A DNA stretch of 32,000 bases from Bacteroidota bacterium. Its GTDB lineage: Bacteria > Bacteroidota > Bacteroidia > Chitinophagales > Chitinophagaceae. A program made the position numbers and the translations under genes. The notes under the pieces were generated by a model. The model searched no databases, had not been told where the DNA came from, and saw only the letters and a list, made by a program, of their open reading frames with translations. Shown here piece after piece: positions 26,465 through 32,000 of this stretch (position 1 is its first letter; each line of letters starts with the position of its first letter). The stretch covers positions 314,262 through 346,261 of the forward strand of contig JAZKBT010000006.1 in the NCBI GenBank assembly GCA_040388475.1. Direction: 5' to 3'.

Positions 26465-26832
26465 ATCTCAGCTTTTTTGTCGTTGATAATTTTTATTGTA
26501 GTCTGGTTAATGGGATAGTAACCGTACTCGTAACAATACCAGATTGTCCTGTTGTCTTTTGACTTTATACCGGTGATGTAGTCAAAGTGAAAGCCATCAT
26601 TCACCAGCAGCAACCGGGAGCAGATCGTTGTTCCTTTATTTTCCAATCTTTTTTTAAGCAGGTACCTGTTGCGTGCCAGCGCATGATTCACATTCCTGAC
26701 CGTGATGTTATCAGTACGGCTGACTTTGTTATGGTAATCGTTTCTACAACCATCGTTACAGAATTTTTTGTCTGAGCGACCATGTACTGGCCGCCCGCAA
26801 TTGTTACAAGGACGATTAGTGATCGGTTCCAT
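26461..26832 (-). CDS. FCS/TRASH-type zinc-ribbon protein (paralog of 28949-29335)
   Basis: CNNCGRPVHGRSDKKFCNDGCRNDYHN (CxxC-x14-CxxxC). ATGA overlap with the downstream gene. Confidence 0.5.
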   Translation of the reverse strand: MEPITNRPCNNCGRPVHGRSDKKFCNDGCRNDYHNKVSRTDNITVRNVNHALARNRYLLKKRLENKGTTICSRLLLVNDGFHFDYITGIKSKDNRTIWYCYEYGYYPINQTTIKIINDKKAEI

Positions 26833-26849
26833 ACGTTTTTAGATTTGGA

Positions 26850-27227
26850 TTAGAATGGGAGATCGGGAATAGGTTCGGTGAGTTCATGCGGCTGCGGTTC
26901 TTTGGCAGGCTCTGCTTTTTTACCACGGATCAGTTTGATTGAATCTGCGTGGCAGTTAATGCTGGCTTTCGCATTCCCACTCATGTCATTGTAAGCATTG
27001 ATGAACAGGCGGCCATTGATGGTAACGATCGAACCTTTGGTAAGGATCTTTGCGATTCCAGTTCCCATCCACCAGGCGATGTTGATGAAGGTTGTAAATT
27101 CTTTTGCTTCCGTTGCACCTTTGGATTTGTAACGGTCGTTGATGGCAACGCAGAAGTTGACTACTTCTTTATCTCCTTTAACTGTGGAGACAGTTGCATC
27201 TGCTGTGATTGTTCCTGTGAATTCCAT
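26850..27227 (-). CDS. ssb: Single-stranded DNA-binding protein
   Basis: OB-fold pattern (VNFCVAINDRY...FTTFINIAWWMGTGIAKILTKGSIVTINGRLF) and the canonical acidic SSB tip ...EPIPDLPF-stop. Confidence 0.8.
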   Translation of the reverse strand: MEFTGTITADATVSTVKGDKEVVNFCVAINDRYKSKGATEAKEFTTFINIAWWMGTGIAKILTKGSIVTINGRLFINAYNDMSGNAKASINCHADSIKLIRGKKAEPAKEPQPHELTEPIPDLPF

Positions 27228-27259
27228 TTTTTAAAAGTTTTTATTGAAGAATAGATATG

Positions 27260-27316
27260 AGGATTTTCTTATCAATCCCCTAACGAGCGCGACGGAGGGG
27301 TTGATAAGAAAATCCT
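27260..27316. repeat. Long hairpin (21-bp stem with one bulge, 14-nt loop) immediately upstream of ssb
   Basis: aggattttcttatcaatcccct (27260-27281) pairs with aggggttgataagaaaatcct (27296-27316). The arms are complementary except for one extra T. No U-tract follows on either strand. Confidence 0.65.
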
Positions 27317-27387
27317 TAATTCGTCAATGATTTACTTCTTCAGCCTTTTGACCGAAAGATGAATGAAGCGTCGCAACGGATGATCCA

Positions 27388-27906
27388 TCAGGGAACAAAT
27401 GCTGGTAACACTCCTGTTCGTACAAATTGATCATAGGCGGCATCGGAAAATGGGGAAGTGTTCTGGAGCAACTTCATGCATGGTTTGTGACGCCAATCTT
27501 TTTGCTGCGACTGGATTGTTAGAAAATGTTGCCATTGGTCGTCTGTGAGTTTGATCTCAGCTTCGTTGACAATTTCGAATGACCAATCGTAACCGAACCG
27601 TTTAATATATTTTTCTGCAATCTTTTGGCGTTTGGTTTGGTCGTGATTGAATCCGTAAGGTTTTATTTCCACGAGTTTGGAATTTCCTGTTTTCCAATCG
27701 CGTACCAGGAAATCGGGACGGTAACAATGCACGTGTCCTTTGACACCGTTTGCGAGGCCATGCAGACCGTAATACATTTCGAGGCCATCACGTATCCATG
27801 CGTGTGTATGCTCTATACTTAAAATGTATTTTAATTCGAGTAAAGAATCGAGCTGACATCCATTGTAGAATATGCATGTTCCTTCAGAAGTATATGTAAA
27901 ATTCAT
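27388..27906 (-). CDS. TnsA-N-like PD-(D/E)xK endonuclease (paralog 2)
   Basis: CQLDSLLELKYILSIE, YRPDFLVRDWKTGNSKLVEIKPYGF, YDWSFEIV. This is the E...PD...E-x-K motif set of TnsA endonuclease N-terminal-type proteins. Confidence 0.6.
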   Translation of the reverse strand: MNFTYTSEGTCIFYNGCQLDSLLELKYILSIEHTHAWIRDGLEMYYGLHGLANGVKGHVHCYRPDFLVRDWKTGNSKLVEIKPYGFNHDQTKRQKIAEKYIKRFGYDWSFEIVNEAEIKLTDDQWQHFLTIQSQQKDWRHKPCMKLLQNTSPFSDAAYDQFVRTGVLPAFVP

Positions 27907-27918
27907 TTTGTTATTGAT

Positions 27919-28488
27919 TTAGAGTAAGCGCATTTGTTTCCAATGAGATTGTGTTCGGTGGGGTCCTGAAATGATAAGGTCCGAAAGCATGTTGTCGGGG
28001 AAAGCCTGGCCGGATCGTAGGCAGTAATCTTTGAACCAAAGTGCAAGCGATTTGTCTGATGTGATGGCTTTGACTTCTTCGAAAGATTTTAATTGCTCTT
28101 CATTTAATAGGATCAGGTCATCGAATACGATTTTGAAAATCCAGTCGAGGTTTTTACGCGCGATATAATTTTCTGCTACTGCTTTTCTTAATGCGAGCTG
28201 CGGATGATTTTCAAAGGCGCGTGGTTTTATTTCGACCAGGAAAGATTGATAAGTCTGTTTGTGCCGGATCAGGAAATCGGGTGTGTAGCGCAAATGACAG
28301 CGCCTGATCTTGTCAAGGGTGATTTTTGTCCCGGGATGGTAATAAATGGAAACCGGAGACCGAAGAAAATGGTATTTGTCCATGATAGAAATGGCGTACT
28401 TCAGTTCGGTGAGTGAATCGAACTGGCAATTCCATGCAGAGACTTTTCGCGATTGTTTGTAAGGAAAGGCGTTTTTTCTGGAAGGCAT
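27919..28488 (-). CDS. TnsA-N-like PD-(D/E)xK endonuclease (paralog 1)
   Basis: CQFDSLTELKYAISIM, YTPDFLIRHKQTYQSFLVEIKPRAF, LDWIFKIV. Collinear with the downstream paralog. Confidence 0.6.
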   Translation of the reverse strand: MPSRKNAFPYKQSRKVSAWNCQFDSLTELKYAISIMDKYHFLRSPVSIYYHPGTKITLDKIRRCHLRYTPDFLIRHKQTYQSFLVEIKPRAFENHPQLALRKAVAENYIARKNLDWIFKIVFDDLILLNEEQLKSFEEVKAITSDKSLALWFKDYCLRSGQAFPDNMLSDLIISGPHRTQSHWKQMRLL

Positions 28489-28503
28489 AGGTGTGGATTT
28501 GGA

Positions 28504-28833
28504 TTAACGATCGAGGTTGAGTAAATGATTGGCCTTGACCTCAGTGATCTTTTTGTATATCCCTTCCTTGTTTTTAAAAGTGCGATTAAGGGAGTAGCCA
28601 CGGATTAGGATGTGACTTCCCTTGCTAAAATTGTCCGGCACTTTTTCTGCCAACTGATCCCAGACCATTACATCGTGCCAGGTCGTTTTTTTAATAACGG
28701 TTCCGTCCGAGGTTCTTCTGAAATAATCAGTAGCCACCCGCAATCTTGTGTAGAGGGAGCCGTTATATGCTTTCTTCAAAGTTGGCTCGTGACCGAGATA
28801 ACCAATAAGCTGGATGCTGTTTTCTGTTTTCAT
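28504..28833 (-). CDS. SSB-like OB-fold protein lacking the acidic C-terminal tail
   Basis: IQLIGYLGHEPTLKKAYNGSLYTRLRVATD...TTWHDVMVWDQLAEKV...KGSHILIRGYSLNRTF fits the SSB OB fold. It ends ...HLLNLDR with no D-L-P-F tip. Confidence 0.6.
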   Translation of the reverse strand: MKTENSIQLIGYLGHEPTLKKAYNGSLYTRLRVATDYFRRTSDGTVIKKTTWHDVMVWDQLAEKVPDNFSKGSHILIRGYSLNRTFKNKEGIYKKITEVKANHLLNLDR

Positions 28834-28948
28834 ATTGCTATTCGTTTAGTGAACAGCAAAACTGGAATTCTCCAAGGAAACAAGCTGTTTCTATGCGTAT
28901 CCGTTTCGTGTAGTATACGTATCTGATACGGTTAAAAATTCGTATATT

Positions 28949-29335
28949 GTGGGTATGAAACCTGAAACTACCATTGATAGGAAATGCCTTTCATGCGACA
29001 AAACACTGGATGCAAAAAAGAGGAAAGACAGTAAATTTTGCAATGAATACTGCAGGGCTGCTTATCACAATCCAAAACGTGCAGGCATTGATCCGCGGGT
29101 GGTCAAAATAAATAAGATCCTTTACAAGAATCTGGAGATAATGGAATCTTTACTCGGGAAACGTCAGTATCTGTCTGTTGATACAGAGAAGCTGAATAAG
29201 AAGGGATTCAACTTTAATTTCTTTACTCAGGAGAACAGCGAATACCGTTATGTTTATTATATGTGCTATACAGCTAAAGGGGGTGGAAGCTATATAATCT
29301 CCAAGGGCTTTGAGAGTGTTCTGAAACTGGATTGA
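28949..29335 (+). CDS. FCS/TRASH-type zinc-ribbon protein (paralog of 26461-26832)
   Basis: CLSCDKTLDAKKRKDSKFCNEYCRAAYHN, plus shared downstream features (GFNFNFF, YRYVYYMCY versus GFHFDYI, WYCYEYGYY). It is the only clearly coding plus-strand gene in the 17.8-30.5 kb block. Confidence 0.5.
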   Translation: MGMKPETTIDRKCLSCDKTLDAKKRKDSKFCNEYCRAAYHNPKRAGIDPRVVKINKILYKNLEIMESLLGKRQYLSVDTEKLNKKGFNFNFFTQENSEYRYVYYMCYTAKGGGSYIISKGFESVLKLD

Positions 29336-29344
29336 ATCTTAAAT

Positions 29345-29896
29345 TTATGAGGTTGGGTTTGTCATAAATGCTTGAAAGCATTTGTGGGTTAGTTCATTAA
29401 ACCAGCCAGAGGTTTCTTTGCACTGAGCAATTTCTGAATCCGTTATAGTGAAGGAAGTGGAATCTTTCGGATGAGTTATTCTGTTTCTGATTTCTAATGT
29501 TTCGATAAAGTTGGTCCAGTTCTTTTTGCCTATTTCCAAATCGATGTTACACTTAAATAATTTATTCAGCATTTTGAAGGTGAATTTCAAGTTATCAGGA
29601 AGCCGGAGAAATTTTACTGCAGATTTTACATCGCCATTGTTTTTTAATTCAAAGGAAATCTCTTTTAACATGGTGTATTCAGCCACTGACATTTTTCTTA
29701 CTCCGGTTTGTGGTTTGGCGTTAAAACAAACATCTTTCAATATCCATATTGTCCCTTCAAGGCAAGAGAATATGCTCCGAATATAAGTTCTACGCGCGAA
29801 CTGAGAATCTTCGTTTTTGCTAAGCTCATTTTCGGCTTCAGCAGCGTCCTCAATTAGGGGCATTAATGAATTTCTTATATCACCAATAGTCATCAC
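29345..29896 (-). CDS. Putative HEPN-domain protein (Rx4H motif)
   Basis: 183 aa, predicted mostly helical. ETLEIRNRITHPKD contains R-N-x-x-x-H in the C-terminal third, the position expected for HEPN RNase domains. Confidence 0.45.
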   Translation of the reverse strand: MMTIGDIRNSLMPLIEDAAEAENELSKNEDSQFARRTYIRSIFSCLEGTIWILKDVCFNAKPQTGVRKMSVAEYTMLKEISFELKNNGDVKSAVKFLRLPDNLKFTFKMLNKLFKCNIDLEIGKKNWTNFIETLEIRNRITHPKDSTSFTITDSEIAQCKETSGWFNELTHKCFQAFMTNPTS

Positions 29897-29928
29897 GGCA
29901 GTTTTACTATTTTGAAATATTTATTTTT

Positions 29929-30495
29929 CTATTCTACATCCCATTCATCGAACAAGTAGTATTCTTTCGGGTTGGAAGGATTCACTTTTAGTTGTCTTAT
30001 TACAATTGAATAATCGCTGGAATATTTTTTTTCAGCGAATGCAGTTTTTGCTTCTTCCAGTGTGTCGTGCGTTGATACCGGTGGCACTTCTAACCCGATA
30101 GATTCATCATCCAGGGCGGCGGTATAATTTACAATTGCATAAAATTCTTTGATCGTCCAGTCCGGGTGTTCGTCCGCGACAAAATCGTTGTTTTCATTCA
30201 TCTCTGTTAGAAGGTCATCAACACTGGTGTCGGATAGTTCATTCACCTGAACGGATTCGACTTCTTCTTCGGGTACTACCTCCATGCTAGTAACTTCATG
30301 AATTTTCAGTTTTGAATCATATGTGCTGAAAACGCGAACGATGGCAATATCAGGCCCATCTTCTGTATACATTTCGACCCAGTTATCAACGGCCTCCTGC
30401 AGGGTATCATAATTTCCCATGGTGGGTCCAGGCTGTCCATCGGGTCCTATTAATAAAAGCGAAAAATGCGTAGATGGCTCTCCATGTTTGGGCAT
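29929..30495 (-). CDS. Highly acidic hypothetical protein with an internal duplication
   Basis: 188 aa. By my count about 41 D/E against 11 K/R. The motif repeats as NYDTLQEAVDNW and THDTLEEAKTAF. Confidence 0.5.
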   Translation of the reverse strand: MPKHGEPSTHFSLLLIGPDGQPGPTMGNYDTLQEAVDNWVEMYTEDGPDIAIVRVFSTYDSKLKIHEVTSMEVVPEEEVESVQVNELSDTSVDDLLTEMNENNDFVADEHPDWTIKEFYAIVNYTAALDDESIGLEVPPVSTHDTLEEAKTAFAEKKYSSDYSIVIRQLKVNPSNPKEYYLFDEWDVE

Positions 30496-30576
30496 ATCAT
30501 TTCATTTATTGACAGTATTAAATATAGGCAAACCAAGTCTCTTTTGCTAACTTAGGGATAAGGAAATCAGCCAGCC

Positions 30577-30816
30577 ATGAAAGTTGTTAATACCCAGTTT
30601 GATTTTATTTACGAACGAAGGAAATACCATGCGCATCTGTCGATGTTTACCCCGGTCAAGACGCTAATGCTCAGGGTCTGGCTGCGGTTGTCTGATAACA
30701 AAGAGCATGTGTTTGTATTTTATAAGAAGGAAAAGAACCAACTGTTCTGGTTTGACCTGCATGATGCATTCAAACAGGGTATGGCTACCACGCTCGCGAA
30801 TTTGCTTCTTGAATAG
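30577..30816 (+). CDS. Hypothetical small protein
   Basis: 79-aa ORF divergent from the acidic-protein gene. Composition is plausible, but I recognise no motif. Confidence 0.35.
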   Translation: MKVVNTQFDFIYERRKYHAHLSMFTPVKTLMLRVWLRLSDNKEHVFVFYKKEKNQLFWFDLHDAFKQGMATTLANLLLE

Positions 30817-30991
30817 CATCACCATTTATTACCGCCAGTTTCAGCTGGCCAATCTGCAGTCCACATTGAACCACTGACTGCATGAAGCCTTGGGGCAGGA
30901 GGTAACTGATTTTTTCTGCGCGCATTTTGATGCATTCATTGTCCTTTTCCATTTGGATCAATTTCTGCAGCATTTTAGTTTTCCATTTCAT
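30785..30991 (-). CDS. Hypothetical small protein (uncertain)
   Basis: 68-aa ORF overlapping the 3' end of 30577-30816 by 32 nt. I recognise no motif. Confidence 0.2.
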   Translation of the reverse strand: MKWKTKMLQKLIQMEKDNECIKMRAEKISYLLPQGFMQSVVQCGLQIGQLKLAVINGDAIQEANSRAW

Positions 30992-31126
30992 GGAAATAAA
31001 AATACCATTTCGCCCAAAATACTTCAGGTATTAGTACGCAGGCAAGTTGGGTGTTTTAACCCGACACAATAAAATAAACCGGCAGACGTTTTAATGTCAG
31101 TACTGACTAACCCTTCATGATATTGG

Positions 31127-31152
31127 CCCCGCTTTTTCGAGCGGGGTTTTTT
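31127..31152 (+). terminator. Canonical intrinsic terminator (plus strand)
   Basis: ccccgc (31127-31132), loop, gcgggg (31141-31146), followed by tttttt (31147-31152). Confidence 0.7.
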
Positions 31153-31212
31153 ATTTATCGGGCTTCCCATTTGCTGTTCTCCGGTCCCGAACACGCTCCT
31201 CCAACGGTGTCA

Positions 31213-31375
31213 TTTCATTGTCCTTTGCGGTTCAAACTGTCCCAAATGGCTTTGGAATCAGGCGGGGCCTTACCTGTCCTTTATCGTTTGATCCTCTCAA
31301 ATTAGGTTTGTCCCGGAAGGGTGATTTTCATTGTCCTTTCAAACCTGATTGGTTCAAAATAGCTTTGAAAGAACA
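31213..31375 (+). repeat. Direct repeats and five same-strand TGTCC motifs in noncoding DNA
   Basis: tttcattgtccttt occurs at 31213-31226 and 31326-31339, each followed by ggttcaaa and gctttg(g)aa. TGTCC starts at 31219, 31238, 31275, 31309 and 31332. Confidence 0.6.
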
Positions 31376-31391
31376 ATAAAAAATAGACCTT

Positions 31392-31583
31392 ATGGCGACA
31401 AATAATCCATTGAAATACAAGAGCGGGAAAACCGAGATAGAAGGCCCAAACAGTGCCGAGTGCAGGAAGTTGATCAGGTATGAACAGCGGCTACGAACCG
31501 CCAAATGGATCGCGGGGATCCTGGGTTTGGGTTCGATCCTGAAATACCTGGTTGATTGGATGCTGAGGTCGCTTTCAGGGTGA
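31392..31583 (+). CDS. Hypothetical small membrane protein (uncertain)
   Basis: 63-aa ORF with one hydrophobic helix (WIAGILGLGSILKYLV). A second small ORF follows 12 nt later. Confidence 0.3.
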   Translation: MATNNPLKYKSGKTEIEGPNSAECRKLIRYEQRLRTAKWIAGILGLGSILKYLVDWMLRSLSG

Positions 31584-31595
31584 TACCTTTGGCGT

Positions 31596-31817
31596 ATGGC
31601 CAATACCTCAACGGAGTTTACTAAACTCAGCGCGTTTTTTCAAAAAGTAAGCTTGCCTCCGAGCATAGAACTGGAGCCTGGAACGCATATTCCAGATGTA
31701 GCAAAGTTTGTCGAGAACAACCTGAAGGTTTTGGGGTCAGGTGAAATGGGAGAGGTTGCCGCAGCGGGAAGATGGTACCGAATGAACAAGCTGAAAGCGT
31801 TGCTGGAAAAACCATGA
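31596..31817 (+). CDS. Hypothetical small protein (uncertain)
   Basis: 73-aa ORF with plausible composition. I recognise no motif. Confidence 0.3.
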   Translation: MANTSTEFTKLSAFFQKVSLPPSIELEPGTHIPDVAKFVENNLKVLGSGEMGEVAAAGRWYRMNKLKALLEKP

Positions 31818-31828
31818 TGCCAGCCAGG

Positions 31829-32000
31829 TCAGTTTACACGCAAGTGGGCCAGGCGTTGGTTCACATCTTTGAGCTTGGCGAGGTAAAATTCTTCTGAAAC
31901 GGGGAGGATTTCCATGTCGAGGTCGCAATAGCATGATAGAACGGCTGAATTCAGGGGTAAGCCTGGCTCGTCCATCACGTACCTGTCCCCGATTTGTTTT
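31829..32000 (-). CDS. 3' end of a gene whose start lies beyond the window (partial)
   Basis: My own reverse-strand translation from 31999 is open: KQIGDRYVMDEPGLPLNSAVLSCYCDLDMEILPVSEEFYLAKLKDVNQRLAHLRVN-stop, with TGA as the complement of 31829-31831. It looks more protein-like than the Arg/Pro-rich ORF 31737-31934 listed in another frame. Confidence 0.3.
   Translation of the reverse strand, partial: KQIGDRYVMDEPGLPLNSAVLSCYCDLDMEILPVSEEFYLAKLKDVNQRLAHLRVN

Larger units (their letters stand above)
15777..31390. mobile_element. Integrative mobilizable/conjugative element segment (boundaries unresolved; no T4SS tra genes inside the window)
   Basis: Contains a serine recombinase, mobA/mobB/mobC, an oriT-like inverted repeat, and PRTRC, DUF3560, ssb and RadC genes typical of Bacteroidota conjugative elements. 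The repeat-rich noncoding segment at 31.15-31.39 kb may be near one end. Confidence 0.45.

Noticed and set aside
731-28926. Many antisense or alternate-frame ORFs nested in long genes
   Set aside because: Examples are 731-970, 1293-1544, 6954-7262, 8179-8457, 13065-13376, 19327-19692, 21083-21418, 22241-22609, 24388-24738, 26949-27254 and 28612-28926. Each lies entirely inside a longer ORF that carries clear family motifs on the other strand or frame. Their translations are low-complexity or Cys/Arg/Ser-rich shadow ORFs.
31528-31540. gggttcgatcctg as a second tRNA-like T-loop or direct repeat of the 17.78-kb fragment
   Set aside because: It lies inside a small ORF, the flanks do not form a T-stem, and the match to the 17.78-kb sequence is only about 8 nt.
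31117-31603. ORFs 31117-31305 (plus) and 31328-31603 (minus)
   Set aside because: They span the repeat-rich noncoding segment. Their translations are Pro/Ser/Phe/Arg-rich without motifs. 31328-31603 is antisense to the somewhat more plausible 31392-31583.
31737-31934. 65-aa minus-strand ORF (MLLRPRHGNPPRFRR…)
   Set aside because: Its composition is Arg/Pro-rich and atypical. A different minus-strand frame gives a more protein-like open reading frame that runs off the window edge, which I report as a partial CDS.

Overview
This window looks like a Bacteroidota-type accessory region; that is inferred from the MobA/MobB/MobC gene order, the PRTRC and DUF3560 genes, and the lack of Shine-Dalgarno sequences. 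I see three blocks.

(1) 0.2-7.5 kb, plus strand. It holds an orphan papain/C39-like protein, a GYF-domain membrane protein, and a translationally coupled glycan-decoration operon. The operon encodes a DXD glycosyltransferase, a GT25 + sulfotransferase-like + GH16 fusion, and a NodU/CmcH carbamoyltransferase.

(2) 7.6-15.5 kb, a compact nuclease-based defence island. It holds an OLD-family ATPase/Toprim protein with an uncharacterised PD-(D/E)xK partner, a Shedu (DUF4263) gene, and a Hachiman HamA/HamB pair. A large serine recombinase follows at 15.8-17.4 kb.

(3) 17.8-31 kb, almost entirely minus strand, a mobilizable or conjugative element segment.
- It starts with mobC (coupling protein), mobB (relaxase) and mobA, then a nested inverted-repeat oriT candidate.
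- Next come a RadC-type JAB protein and a PRTRC ubiquitin-like cassette (E1, E2-like, Ubl ending in Gly, protein E).
- Then follow DUF3560, two FCS/TRASH zinc-ribbon paralogs, two SSB genes, two tandem TnsA-like nucleases, a HEPN protein and a very acidic protein.
- The right edge (31.0-31.4 kb) is noncoding, with an orphan terminator and clustered TGTCC repeats.

I found no rRNA gene, complete tRNA gene or CRISPR array. All functional calls come from motifs read in the supplied translations. No database search was run.

The observations most worth following up are:
- the conjugative-element Ubl-E1-E2-JAB cassette beside oriT;
- the OLD + PD-(D/E)xK pair;
- a Shedu protein whose last five residues (PDLPF) match the SSB tail encoded in the same window;
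- the tandem TnsA-like nucleases between two SSB genes;
- the triple-domain glycan enzyme.
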